Assembly (NCBI GenBank): GCA_965215275.1
Contig: OZ244044.1
Span: forward strand, 1,472,001 to 1,536,000
Reading direction: 5' to 3'
Origin: Thermodesulfobacteriota bacterium
GTDB lineage: Bacteria > Desulfobacterota_D > UBA1144 > Nemesobacterales > JAJCZQ01
Length of the DNA stretch: 64,000 bases
In this document: in pieces, positions 1-10,234 of the stretch
How the letters are laid out: each line of letters opens with the position of its first letter
Position numbering within the stretch: the stretch's first letter is position 1
Program-made: the position numbers and the translations under genes
The notes under the pieces: model-generated
The model's input: the letters and a program-made list of their open reading frames with translations, nothing else
The model's database searches: none
What the model was told of the DNA's origin: nothing

Positions 1-183
1 ATAGCAAGCGTCATTATCACGCATGACATTGAAAGTGCATTTGCCGTATCGGACCGCATTGCCTTTTTACATGAAGGAAAGATCGTTTTTGTGGGGACGG
101 TTGACGAGGCAAGGGACAGCAGTTGTGAAGTATTGAGGGATTTTGTCAAAGGAGTTATAAGAGAAGAGTCAGCTGCCGTTTGA
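1..183 (+). CDS. 3' end of an ABC transporter ATP-binding protein (MlaF/Ttg2A-like), partial
   Basis: Frame 1 reads IASVIITHDIESAFAVSDRIAFLHEGKI...*, the H-loop region of an ABC ATPase; not in the ORF track because it is 5'-truncated. Confidence 0.8.
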   Translation: MASVIITHDIESAFAVSDRIAFLHEGKIVFVGTVDEARDSSCEVLRDFVKGVIREESAAV

Positions 184-233
184 AGCTGTTTTTTATCTGA
201 AATGGTTACTCTTCAATATTATTTTTCATTTCT

Positions 234-2465
234 ATGAGCATTAAAGTCGAACGCAAGAGGTCGATCGGGCTGATAGGTGCCACAAGTATTGGGGTAGGGG
301 GTATAGTTGGTGGCGGCATATTGACCCTGGGAGGGGTTGCGTTTGCAAATACGGGACCCAGTGCATCCCTTGCCTTTGCCCTGAATGGTCTTATAGCTGT
401 AATGGTTGCCCTGAGTTACGCGGAAATGTCATCCACTTTTCCTGAATCCGGTGGGATGTACCTGTTTTCAAAAAAGGTACTGTCAATTGAATCTGCTTTT
501 TTCGTGGGATGGGTCGTCTGGTTTGCATCGGTTTTTGCCGCAGTGTTATATGCAATTGGTTTTGCGTCCTTTTTGGTTATTGCTGTGAACGTGTTATGGA
601 ATGAATTTATTGGCAGTTCTCCTCCCTGGTTGTCCTCACTGTGGTTAGTGGACGCGGTCGCTGTCGCCGGAACGCTGTTTTATACGATCTCTTTGTCCAG
701 GAGTGCCGATGGAGTAGGAAACTTCATCAACGTAGGGAAAATAACGATATTTTTCGTACTGGTCCTTTCGGGGCTTTTTGCGTTCGTTAAGACAAGTCCG
801 GGGCAGTTTGCAAGCACAATGACGCCGTTTTTCTCAAACGGGATAATCGGTTTGTTCATAGCTATGGGATATACGTTTGTTGCGATGCAGGGTTTTGATC
901 TGATACCAAAGGCCGGAGGAGAGATCAAGGAACCTGAAAAGAATATTCCCAGAGCAATGCTGCTGTCACTTGTCATATCCCTCATGATATATATCCCCCT
1001 TCTTTTTGTGACCTCAGTTGTTGGTGTTGGTGAAGGACAGACGATTACGTCAATGGGATCGAGTTACAGGGAAGAGGTCATTGCAGCTGGTGCAAAGAAC
1101 TACATGGGCAGCTTAGGCTACTGGTTTGTATTGATAGTGGGCATATTATCAATGCTTTCGGCGTTAAGCGCTAATATCTTTGGAGCATCACGAGTGGCAT
1201 ATAAGATGGCGATAGACAGAACTCTGCCTAAAAGACTGGGATTTCTTCATGGCGTGTATAAAACACCCACTAATTCCATATATGCAACTTCAATAGTAAC
1301 GATTTTAGTGATCATTACGTTCAGAAACGTGGAATCCGCAGGAGCAACGGCAAGTCTTTTATTTCTGCTGATGTTTACGGTTGCTCAGCTCATGTCAATG
1401 CTCGTAAGGCGGAGAATTGATATTTCCAGCATTCCTTTCCGAATGCCTTTGTATCCCGTTCTTCCGGTGATCGGGTCTGTCTGCTGCTTTCTGCTGGCAG
1501 TTTTTCAGGGGTTCGTGGTTCCAAAATCCGGACTGATCACCCTGATATGGCTGTTCATCGGAGGACTTTTATACCTGATCCTTTTCAGTAAAAGTGCAAA
1601 ACGTGCTGATGCATCGGCTGCTGCCTATGATCCGAGTTTGTCAAAATTAAGGGGACAGTTGCCTCTGGTACTTGTTCCCGTGTCCAATCCTACAAGCGCG
1701 GCTTCACTGATCAGGCTTGCAAGTTCACTGGCTCCGCCAGAATTTGGAAAGGTGATGCTCCTGTCCGTGGTAACAGGGCCGGACAGCGGTGATGGTCAGG
1801 TTAGAAGGATAGCTGAAAGTCGGAGCGCGATCGCAAGGTCTCTGGAGGTTTCCATTGAGGAAAAGATCTATCCTGAAGTGCTGACCACGGTTGCAGATAA
1901 TGTGTGGAAAGAGATAAAAAGGGTTTCAGAAAGCTATCGATGCGACAGCCTGGTACTCGGGCTGACCGACCTCAGTGAAGACGTATCCAGGTCTTATATT
2001 GAGGAGAATCTCATAAGCGGCGTTTCTTGCAATGTTGTCGTCTTAAGGTCCTGCGGTGACTGGAGACCGAAAGATATAAAAAAGGTCCTGGTTCCCATAG
2101 CCGGAGAGGGTAACTATGAAAATCTGCTGGCAAGGCTGATAGGAACGCTGTATCGTGTGGGCAGTCCTGAAATTGAGTTTTTGAGAGTCATACCTGAATT
2201 ATCCAGGGAGTCAGACCGCGAGAGGGCAAGGAAGAAGCTGTTTTCATTGGCACAGGACTATTCTATGAGTGAAAATTTCAAAGTGAGAGTTGTTAAAAGT
2301 GATAATGTGACAGAGGAAATAACAGACCGGTCGAAGGGGTTTGACCTGATGGTGCTGGGTTTTACAAAAGCGGATCATCGCTACTTAAGGGTTTTTGGTC
2401 CGATTACGCAGGAAATAGTTCAAAACACGGATATGCCTGTCATACTGATCAGTCATCCGGGATGA
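234..2465 (+). CDS. APC-family amino acid permease with C-terminal universal stress protein (USP)-like domains
   Basis: GGIVGGGI and PESGGMY motifs, ~12 hydrophobic segments, then a soluble tail with VLVPV...SCNVVVLR and VLVPI...MPVILI USP-like signatures. Confidence 0.8.
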   Translation: MSIKVERKRSIGLIGATSIGVGGIVGGGILTLGGVAFANTGPSASLAFALNGLIAVMVALSYAEMSSTFPESGGMYLFSKKVLSIESAFFVGWVVWFASVFAAVLYAIGFASFLVIAVNVLWNEFIGSSPPWLSSLWLVDAVAVAGTLFYTISLSRSADGVGNFINVGKITIFFVLVLSGLFAFVKTSPGQFASTMTPFFSNGIIGLFIAMGYTFVAMQGFDLIPKAGGEIKEPEKNIPRAMLLSLVISLMIYIPLLFVTSVVGVGEGQTITSMGSSYREEVIAAGAKNYMGSLGYWFVLIVGILSMLSALSANIFGASRVAYKMAIDRTLPKRLGFLHGVYKTPTNSIYATSIVTILVIITFRNVESAGATASLLFLLMFTVAQLMSMLVRRRIDISSIPFRMPLYPVLPVIGSVCCFLLAVFQGFVVPKSGLITLIWLFIGGLLYLILFSKSAKRADASAAAYDPSLSKLRGQLPLVLVPVSNPTSAASLIRLASSLAPPEFGKVMLLSVVTGPDSGDGQVRRIAESRSAIARSLEVSIEEKIYPEVLTTVADNVWKEIKRVSESYRCDSLVLGLTDLSEDVSRSYIEENLISGVSCNVVVLRSCGDWRPKDIKKVLVPIAGEGNYENLLARLIGTLYRVGSPEIEFLRVIPELSRESDRERARKKLFSLAQDYSMSENFKVRVVKSDNVTEEITDRSKGFDLMVLGFTKADHRYLRVFGPITQEIVQNTDMPVILISHPG

Positions 2466-2541
2466 TCACGAACGACCGAAATTACAGTTCGTCTGGACCG
2501 GTTTAGATCTTTACTGTTCCACTCTGATCTGTATATAAGCA

Positions 2542-3018
2542 CTATACTTTTTTGCAAAGAACTGTAGCGGTAGAGACTATTCCGTCCTCCGTGCCGATGA
2601 TCCTCATACCCTCGGTGGTCGTAGCCTTAATTCCAATTTCGTCTCTGTTTATATTAAGTACTTTGGACAAGGACCCTTTTATTGGTTCAATGTAAGGGGC
2701 TATTTTTGGTTTTTCACAGATGATCACCGTGTCAAGGTTTACGATCTTCAATTTTTTCGCTTCAAGCATCTTTACTACCTTTTTCAGCAGTTTAATACTT
2801 GATATGTTCCTGTAACGAGGGTCCGTGTCCGGGAAGTGACAGCCAATGTCTTTTTCACCCATTGCACCCAGCAGGGCGTCACAGATCGCGTGTACGAGCA
2901 CGTCCGCGTCAGAATGTCCCATTAATCCGAGTTCATAAGGAATTTCAACCCCGCCCAGTACCAGCTTCGTGCTTTCATCGAACCTGTGTGCATCAATACC
3001 GTGTCCTACTCTGTACAT
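2542..3018 (-). CDS. ispF: 2-C-methyl-D-erythritol 2,4-cyclodiphosphate synthase
   Basis: RVGHGIDAHRF, GHSDADVLVHAICDALLGA, DIGCHFPDTD and KATTTE motifs; start taken at MYRVG. Confidence 0.95.
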   Translation of the reverse strand: MYRVGHGIDAHRFDESTKLVLGGVEIPYELGLMGHSDADVLVHAICDALLGAMGEKDIGCHFPDTDPRYRNISSIKLLKKVVKMLEAKKLKIVNLDTVIICEKPKIAPYIEPIKGSLSKVLNINRDEIGIKATTTEGMRIIGTEDGIVSTATVLCKKV

Positions 3019-3719
3019 TATGTATACTCCCACCCATTAATGACCATCAGCTCAGCAAGCCTCATATCTTCCGGACGGGTAACCTTGAAGTTATATTCCG
3101 AACCTTCGATGACGTGTACATTATATCCTGCCTGTTCCGCTATCTGTGCCTCGTCCGTATAAACGTCGTTCTTTAAGTTTACTTTTTCATAACAGCTGCC
3201 GAGTACCTCATACCTGAACGCCTGGGGCGTCTGTGCCTGCCATATTAAGTTCCTGGACAAGGTACCTTTAACGATACCATTATCTACGCTCTTGAGAGTG
3301 TCCTTGCTCGGAAGTGCGGATATGACGCAGTCTTTTATATTTGCTTCCGAGATGATCTTATCAATAAGGTCTGGCTTAACAAAAGGTCTGGCTGCATCGT
3401 GTATGATGACTACCTCCGCATCCGGATCAGCTGCTTCAAAACCTTTTCTTACTGAGATCTGCCTGAGGTTTCCCCCTTCTACCACTTTTAAGGACTTGGT
3501 CAGTGATATCCCCTGTATCTCCGTTTTAACGAGGTCTACGTCGTCCTCTGATACGACCAGGATTATCTCACCCACGGAGGAACTGTTCTGAAAGGAGTTC
3601 AGGCAAAAATAAAAAAGGGGTTTCCCGTTTATTTTTAAAAACTGCTTTTTTACCTTTCTGTTTAATCTGTGTCCACTTCCTGCGGCCGGGATAATGGCAG
3701 AGGCTTTTATATTAGGCAT
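3018..3719 (-). CDS. ispD: 2-C-methyl-D-erythritol 4-phosphate cytidylyltransferase
   Basis: IIPAAGSGHR, KQFL, IHDAARP, AQTPQAF, TDEA and KVT motifs; adjacent to ispF; start taken at MPNIK. Confidence 0.95.
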   Translation of the reverse strand: MPNIKASAIIPAAGSGHRLNRKVKKQFLKINGKPLFYFCLNSFQNSSSVGEIILVVSEDDVDLVKTEIQGISLTKSLKVVEGGNLRQISVRKGFEAADPDAEVVIIHDAARPFVKPDLIDKIISEANIKDCVISALPSKDTLKSVDNGIVKGTLSRNLIWQAQTPQAFRYEVLGSCYEKVNLKNDVYTDEAQIAEQAGYNVHVIEGSEYNFKVTRPEDMRLAELMVINGWEYT

Positions 3720-4731
3720 TAAGGTATGAGGGTGAACCCTCTTTATCATTTATACTTGCGAAGATCATTCTTCCCGTTGTTGTCTGCATCACGCTTTTTA
3801 CCACGACCGTGACCTCTTTTCCCAGATACTTACGACCATCGTTAACTATCAGCATCGTACCGTCATCAAGATAACCAATAGCCTGGTTTGCGTCCCTTCC
3901 TTCCTTTACAAGCTGAATATGGATCGAATGTCCTGGCAGCACCACGGGTCTCAGAGCGTGTGACAGTTCGTTCAGGTTCAGGATCTTGATCTTCTGTATT
4001 GCCGCGATCTTGTTCAGGTTAGAGTCGTTCGTTATAAGAACGGCATTCAGCTCTTTTGACAGTTCTATAAGCTTAAGGTCCGCTTCCTTGATATTAGGAA
4101 AGTCATGGTCAACTATCCTTATGTTGATCTGATCTATTTCACTCTGCATTTTTTTAATTATATCAAGTCCTCTTTTACCGCGTACGCTTCTTATAGGGTC
4201 TGACGAATCCGCGATGTATTGTAATTCCTTTATTATAAAGCTGGGAATGATCACATCACCCTCCAGAAATCCGATCTCTGCGATGTCTGCTACCCGTCCA
4301 TCAATAATAACGCTTGTGTCCAGGATTTTAGGGACTTCGATCTTTTTATTTGCAAAGGTAAAGTTCTTGAAAGAATAGACGGTCTGGTCACTCTTGTATA
4401 TTCCAAAGGATATTCCCAGGGACAGTAAAAAACATAAACTTATTACCTTGATGGTAATAAGTAAGCTGCTTGCGATGCTGGCTGAATCAAGGATTTGTGA
4501 CAGACCGATAAAAAGCATTACGGAGACGGCAATACCGATCGCCATGGCCAGAGCGGACTTACTGGACAGTCTCTGACTTAAGAAATGAATAATGACAAAA
4601 AGCAGCAGTGAGGCAGTTGATATAACTGCTGCAAAATAAAAAGACTTGGACAGTGGATAATCGACAATATTGACCAGCGCAAGAAAACTTGCTATGCCTA
4701 TCAGTGCTGAAAAGATCAGATCCAGTATCAT
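3712..4731 (-). CDS. Membrane-anchored PIN/TRAM domain protein (YacL-like)
   Basis: N-terminal TM helices, ILDTSVIIDGR PIN motif, C-terminal GYLDDGTM...QTTTGRMIF TRAM domain; usual position upstream of ispD. Confidence 0.9.
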   Translation of the reverse strand: MILDLIFSALIGIASFLALVNIVDYPLSKSFYFAAVISTASLLLFVIIHFLSQRLSSKSALAMAIGIAVSVMLFIGLSQILDSASIASSLLITIKVISLCFLLSLGISFGIYKSDQTVYSFKNFTFANKKIEVPKILDTSVIIDGRVADIAEIGFLEGDVIIPSFIIKELQYIADSSDPIRSVRGKRGLDIIKKMQSEIDQINIRIVDHDFPNIKEADLKLIELSKELNAVLITNDSNLNKIAAIQKIKILNLNELSHALRPVVLPGHSIHIQLVKEGRDANQAIGYLDDGTMLIVNDGRKYLGKEVTVVVKSVMQTTTGRMIFASINDKEGSPSYLNA

Positions 4732-4884
4732 ATTAATATTTTTTCTGCTTTAAAATTTTACCCAGAAGCAGATTATCAGGTAATTATATTCAATAAATCG
4801 ATCTTAAACAAATCATAACGTTCTTACCAGATTGAGATTCGCTCTGTTCGTGATAGAATTAACAAAATAACATAAGGAGATTTT

Positions 4885-5637
4885 ATGAGGATTTATTCCC
4901 TTGCAAGCGGCAGTTCCGGTAATTCCATATACATTGAATCTGAAAGTTCCAGGCTCCTTGTTGACGCCGGTATTTCTCCAAGGTCGTTGAAAAAAAGGCT
5001 GAACTCTTTAGGCGTCGACATAAATGAGATCGATGCCGTTGTCGTTACCCATGAACATAAGGACCATACAAGGTCACTGAAAGATCTGCCTGTTCCGGTT
5101 TACGTAGCGGTAAAAACGGTTCCTATATGGGAAGATCAGGTGGAGAACTTGAACCAGTTTGAAAATGATAAACGATTTGCGGTAAATGATATGGAGATCA
5201 CGCCTTTTTCCGTTCCTCATGACGCGATCGATCCCGTAGGGTTTACAATTGAATTTGACGGGATAAAGATCGGTATAGTAACGGACGCGGGTTCCGTTAC
5301 TGAACTTATTGTTGAAAAACTGCGAAGATCAAACGTACTTGTGTTGGAATCCAACTACGATGTAAACCTGTTACTGTATGGAAAATACCCATGGGAGTTG
5401 AAGCAGAGAATAAAAAGCAACCTGGGACACCTTTCCAATTCCCAGTCTGCACATCTTCTCGGCAGTGTTTACCACGATGAACTTCAGCACGTTGTTCTGG
5501 CACACTTGAGCAAGATCAATAACGACCCTAAGATCGCCTATAAAGAAGCTGCTGAAGCCCTGAGACACAGAGGTAATGGTCATACGAAGATCCATCTTGC
5601 TCCAAGAGATTCGATCGGAGAGGTAATAAACTTTTGA
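4885..5637 (+). CDS. MBL-fold metallo-hydrolase (YycJ/WalJ-like)
   Basis: SLASGSSGN, THEHKDH, PHDA, LESNYD, GHLSN and LAHLS motifs. Confidence 0.9.
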   Translation: MRIYSLASGSSGNSIYIESESSRLLVDAGISPRSLKKRLNSLGVDINEIDAVVVTHEHKDHTRSLKDLPVPVYVAVKTVPIWEDQVENLNQFENDKRFAVNDMEITPFSVPHDAIDPVGFTIEFDGIKIGIVTDAGSVTELIVEKLRRSNVLVLESNYDVNLLLYGKYPWELKQRIKSNLGHLSNSQSAHLLGSVYHDELQHVVLAHLSKINNDPKIAYKEAAEALRHRGNGHTKIHLAPRDSIGEVINF

Positions 5638-6926
5638 TAAGCAGATACTCCAGGAAAGAAATGTCCGGTCTGTGGACCGACAAAGCTAAATACCGGAACT
5701 GGCTCAAGGTCGAAATAGCGGTCTGCGAGGCATGGGCGGAACTTGGAGTAATTCCAGCAGGGTCCCTGAACACGATCAAACAGAAGGCGAGCTTCAGCGT
5801 GCAGAGGATCAGCGTACTGGAAAAAAAAGTAAAACACGACGTGATCGCTTTTCTCACCTGCGTGGCTGAAAACGTTGGGAGCGACTCAAGGTTTATCCAC
5901 CTGGGTATGACGTCTTCGGACGTTATTGACACCTCGTTTTCGATACAGTTAAGGGACGCTGGGAACATCATTATAAAGGATCTCAGAGGTCTGCTCTCGG
6001 AGCTGAAAAAACTGGCTTATGATCACAGATATACTCCTATGATAGGTCGTTCCCATGGTATTCATGCCGAACCAAAGACCCTGGGACTTGTATTTGCTCT
6101 CTGGTATGATGAATTTAGCAGAAACCTTGAAAGGATGATAAGAGCAACGGAGGCAGTGAGCGTGGGAATGATATCCGGTGCCGTGGGTACTTATGCGAAC
6201 GTTGATCCAAAGGTGGAGGAGATCGCATGTGCAAAGCTTGGACTCATACCGGCAAAGATCTCAACTCAGGTAATTCACCGGGACGTGCATGCTGAATATT
6301 TTCTTACCCTGTCGCTCATAGCGGCCTCTATCGAGAGAGTGGCAACTGAGATAAGACATTTTCAAAGGACTGAAGTCCTGGAAATGGAGGAGTTTTTTGA
6401 TAAGGAGCAGAAAGGGTCCTCTGCCATGCCTCACAAGCGAAATCCGATCCTTTCCGAAAATCTTTGCGGACTGTCAAGGTTAGTAAGGTCTTCAGTAATT
6501 CCGGCGCTTGAAAACATGGTCTTGTGGCATGAGAGGGACATCAGTCATTCATCAGTTGAACGGGTGATAGGACCTGACTCAACTATTTTAACGGATTTTA
6601 TGTTAAACAGGCTGTCCACGGTCATCAGGACGTTGAACGTATATCCGGAGAATCTAGAAAGTAACATCTGGCTGACAAGCGGATTGGTATTTTCCCAGAA
6701 AGTGCTTTTAAAGCTGATCTCCAAGGGTTACAGCAGAGAAAAAGCTTATTCCATAGTGCAGCGAAATGCCATGAAGTGCTGGGGATCAAAGTCCGGATTT
6801 AGAGAAATCCTATCAAAGGACAGTGACATTACTTCCGTTCTTGACGAAGAAGACCTTGCTTCATGTTTTATGGTCGATCAGGATTTCAAGCACATAGATC
6901 ATATCTTTAGCAGGGTATTTTCTTGA
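5634..6926 (+). CDS. purB: Adenylosuccinate lyase
   Basis: HLGMTSSD, GRSHGIHAEP and GSSAMPHKRNP signature; TTG start. Confidence 0.97.
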   Translation: MISRYSRKEMSGLWTDKAKYRNWLKVEIAVCEAWAELGVIPAGSLNTIKQKASFSVQRISVLEKKVKHDVIAFLTCVAENVGSDSRFIHLGMTSSDVIDTSFSIQLRDAGNIIIKDLRGLLSELKKLAYDHRYTPMIGRSHGIHAEPKTLGLVFALWYDEFSRNLERMIRATEAVSVGMISGAVGTYANVDPKVEEIACAKLGLIPAKISTQVIHRDVHAEYFLTLSLIAASIERVATEIRHFQRTEVLEMEEFFDKEQKGSSAMPHKRNPILSENLCGLSRLVRSSVIPALENMVLWHERDISHSSVERVIGPDSTILTDFMLNRLSTVIRTLNVYPENLESNIWLTSGLVFSQKVLLKLISKGYSREKAYSIVQRNAMKCWGSKSGFREILSKDSDITSVLDEEDLASCFMVDQDFKHIDHIFSRVFS

Positions 6927-7038
6927 GGACACCCTGATCAATTGCTTTACATGATTCTGGTGTTATTTTTATAAAACCATAGCTTAATATTAAGTTAATC
7001 ACGTTAAACAGAGCTACATTTTAATTTGGAGGAAATAA

Positions 7039-8043
7039 ATGAGAGTATTTTTTTTGCTGGTTTTGATCTTTGGACTGTTTGCCACTGCTGGATGTGATAT
7101 GATGACCGAAGATAGCGGATGCGATAAAGTAACGAGTCAGAATACTAAGGAAAGACTGATTTCTTTTTTTGAGGCAAAGTACTCAGCAAGACTTCCGGTG
7201 GATACCAAGGTAGAGCTTGGAGATTTTGAAAAGAGCAGTGCAAAAGGTCTCTGCCAGGGTTCTTTCATAGTATCAATGCCTGAGAGAGGAGAGTTCCCCG
7301 TTTCATTTTTAACGGATAAGAACAAAAGGTATTTAGTTCTCAGTATGGCTGAAGTAGTAGACCTCAATAAATTTCAAAAGGCAGAAATATCAAGGTTTAA
7401 GAAAGGGGAGATCAGGTTACCAAGACAGCAACCCCTTCCCATACTGGTCAGTAACGACGGAAGTCAGCTGATCGTAGGTGACATATTTGATTCCACCATT
7501 GACCCTTTACAAGAGGTGTTAAGCAAAATATCTCTGGAAAACGTTCCACTGAAAGGTCCCAGAGAAGCAAAGATCACAGTGGTTGAATACTCGGATTTTC
7601 AGTGTCCCTACTGCAAACAGGCAAGCGATATGCTCCCTGCTCTTACCAAAAAATACAAGGATAAGATCAAGGTGGTATTCAAACAGTTCCCGTTACCCAA
7701 TCATGACTGGGCTAAACCAGCTTCAGTAGCTTCTCTTTGTGCTTACGAGCAGGGTAATGATAAATTCTGGAAGGTTCATGATCTTATTTTTAAACATCAA
7801 AAGGAAATAACGCTGGAAAACTCTAATGACAAGTTTAAAAAGTTTGCAAAGCAGTCCGGGCTGAACAGTGATAAATTCAGTAAATGCCTTAAATCAGATG
7901 CCGTTGCTAAAAGGGTGGATCAGGAAATAGATGAGGGTAATCAGATCGGCGTGAGATCAACTCCAACTTTTATTGTTGACGGCATAATCGTTTCCGGGGC
8001 AAGCCTGGATGCGGTAGAGAACGCAATAGATTCCAGATTGTAG
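7039..8043 (+). CDS. DsbA-family thioredoxin-fold lipoprotein
   Basis: Lipobox-like TAGC, EYSDFQCPYC active site, GVRSTPTF cis-Pro loop; GGAGG RBS. Confidence 0.85.
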   Translation: MRVFFLLVLIFGLFATAGCDMMTEDSGCDKVTSQNTKERLISFFEAKYSARLPVDTKVELGDFEKSSAKGLCQGSFIVSMPERGEFPVSFLTDKNKRYLVLSMAEVVDLNKFQKAEISRFKKGEIRLPRQQPLPILVSNDGSQLIVGDIFDSTIDPLQEVLSKISLENVPLKGPREAKITVVEYSDFQCPYCKQASDMLPALTKKYKDKIKVVFKQFPLPNHDWAKPASVASLCAYEQGNDKFWKVHDLIFKHQKEITLENSNDKFKKFAKQSGLNSDKFSKCLKSDAVAKRVDQEIDEGNQIGVRSTPTFIVDGIIVSGASLDAVENAIDSRL

Positions 8044-8240
8044 ATTTTTGACAGCAGTACTATGGATTGAGGGATTGAGCTTACCGTTCCCGGTCCATGG
8101 AAGCGGTTTATCTTTTACGTCTGACTGAAACAGAGCTTGGATATTTGCCAGAAGGATACGACCCTTGAAGTATGGTAAGGTATTCTGACAAGGTCTGTTT
8201 TGTATCCATGTATGCAGGAAATTGACCTTTTATTCTTATA

Positions 8241-9332
8241 ATGAAGACCGCACTGATCAAGTTCCTTGACTACTGTATAGGTAAACCTCTTTGTTACTTT
8301 CTTTCCATGTTCAAAAGTAATGCCGCTACAAGTGGCAGCTTCCGCAGGATACTGATCATCCGTCCTGGTGGAATAGGGGATGCCGTGCTTCTGTACCCTT
8401 GTTTAAAAGTATTAAAAGATGCTGCCGTAAGTGCTCAGATCGACGTCTTGGCCGAGAAGAGGAACGCCGGAATTTTTAAGGACTGCAGATATATTAATGC
8501 TCTTTACCTATATGATGACTTCAGAAATATGAACTTACTTCTGGTACTGAGAAAAGGTTATGACGTGGTAATTGACACTGAGCAGTGGCATCGTCTGAGT
8601 GCTGTCGTCTGTTTTCTGACCGGTGCAAAGGTAAGAGTTGGTTTTGCAACCAACGAAAGACAAAAGCTTCTCACTAACTCGGTTCTTTACAGACAGGATG
8701 ATTATGAGGTGATCAGCTTTATGAACCTTATATCAGAGGTTACGGGAAAAAGTTATGAATTCGATAAAGATGAGGCTTTTCTGGATTTTGAAGCACCAAG
8801 GTGCATTGAGTTCTTACGATACAGGGACAAATATAAAACCATGGCTGGGATATTCAGTGGTGCCACGGTAAAAGAAAGAAGGTGGGGCACTGAAAACTAT
8901 TCACTTGTCGCAGGCAGACTTCTGGATAACCAGGTGGGGGTGGTTCTGCTGGGAGGAAAGGGAGAAAAGACGGATTCTGTTCATTTTAGAAAGTTTCTTG
9001 GTGGGCGGGATTATCTGGACCTTATAGGTAAGACCGGGTTAGATGAAACAAAGAACATAATATCAGATCTGGACGTTCTGGTAAGTGCGGATTCGGGATT
9101 GATGCACGTTGCATACGGCGTGGGAACGAAAACGGTTTCCTTGTTCGGTGCTGGTATTGAGAAAAAATGGGCTCCTCCCGGTGCTGAGAACCAAGTCATC
9201 AATAAGGAACTTTTCTGCAGTCCATGTACAAGATTTGGTTATACACCAAGCTGCTCCTACAACGTTAAATGTTTGAAAGACATAAACCCTGAAGAAGTTC
9301 TTACCACGGTCACGGGTATGTTGTCTGATTAG
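8241..9332 (+). CDS. Glycosyltransferase family 9 (heptosyltransferase-like)
   Basis: IIRPGGIGDAVL, DSGLMHVA and SLFG motifs, C-terminal CSPC...C...CL. Confidence 0.9.
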   Translation: MKTALIKFLDYCIGKPLCYFLSMFKSNAATSGSFRRILIIRPGGIGDAVLLYPCLKVLKDAAVSAQIDVLAEKRNAGIFKDCRYINALYLYDDFRNMNLLLVLRKGYDVVIDTEQWHRLSAVVCFLTGAKVRVGFATNERQKLLTNSVLYRQDDYEVISFMNLISEVTGKSYEFDKDEAFLDFEAPRCIEFLRYRDKYKTMAGIFSGATVKERRWGTENYSLVAGRLLDNQVGVVLLGGKGEKTDSVHFRKFLGGRDYLDLIGKTGLDETKNIISDLDVLVSADSGLMHVAYGVGTKTVSLFGAGIEKKWAPPGAENQVINKELFCSPCTRFGYTPSCSYNVKCLKDINPEEVLTTVTGMLSD

Positions 9333-10090
9333 ATGTCAATCTGTAAGAGGTCTTCTCCAAGAAGTATTTCACAGTCAGTGTTGTTCTTGACCAGATCATA
9401 GACGTTTTCCTCGTCACATATTGGGTAAAGATGTGTAAGTACCAACTTCCTGGGTTTGGATAGATTGGCGATCCGTATTACTTCTGAAGGGGTAAGGTGT
9501 CCGGGTTTTTTCAGTCTGTCAGGAAAAGAGCATTCGATTATTAAAACATCGGACCTGTGTGCAAGATCTGCAAGGGAATCCGTATAATCCGTGTCCCCGG
9601 AATATACGATAACTTTTTCGTCCGTCTGGAGCTTATAAGCAAGGCTATTATCCGTATGGGGAGTTTTGAGGCATGAGATACTGAATCCATTCAGTTTATG
9701 GTCCATACCGCATTCAAGTTCAAGGACTTTTAAGCAGTCAGGCTCGATCCATCTGTTGTAAGCACCACTGATAGAGTTGAAAAAATCCTTAAATCCTTTC
9801 GGTCCCCAAACGTGCAGTGGTTTTGTTCTGGGAGTGCCGGATGGATATTTAGTGGCAAATAAAAACGGGATCAGGTCTGAATTATGATCAGGGTGAAGGT
9901 GCGTGATGAATATATGATCAATATCAAGATAATTAATACCGATCTTTTCCAGCTTCCACGTTGCCCCGTTGCCGCAGTCAAAAAGAATCTTATTTGAGTT
10001 AAAGGAAACGAGATATGAAGATGACCCTCTTTTGGTGGTTGGGATGCAGGTTCCACTGCCTAATATATGTATTCTGTGAGTTGTATGCAA
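9329..10090 (-). CDS. MBL-fold hydrolase, RNase Z/BN-like
   Basis: ILGSGT, FDCG, ITHLHPDH, YSGDT, GHLT and LTHLYP motifs; start moved to TTG 10090 because the longer track ORF overlaps the divergent promoter. Confidence 0.8.
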   Translation of the reverse strand: MHTTHRIHILGSGTCIPTTKRGSSSYLVSFNSNKILFDCGNGATWKLEKIGINYLDIDHIFITHLHPDHNSDLIPFLFATKYPSGTPRTKPLHVWGPKGFKDFFNSISGAYNRWIEPDCLKVLELECGMDHKLNGFSISCLKTPHTDNSLAYKLQTDEKVIVYSGDTDYTDSLADLAHRSDVLIIECSFPDRLKKPGHLTPSEVIRIANLSKPRKLVLTHLYPICDEENVYDLVKNNTDCEILLGEDLLQIDI

Positions 10091-10194
10091 TTTATCCGGC
10101 CCTTGATCTTTCCTCTGTTTATAAATTACCCGAGATTGGTATAGAATTGTAAGAAAACAATTGAAATTAACTGAGAAGATAAAAGACATTATTC

Positions 10195-10224
10195 TTGACA
10201 TTCATTCAGGATACAAAGTAAAAT
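10195..10224 (+). promoter_or_regulatory. Sigma70-type promoter of S8-like copy 1
   Basis: TTGACA-18nt-TAAAAT; same motif upstream of all six paralogs. Confidence 0.75.
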
Positions 10225-10234
10225 GAAACAAGTT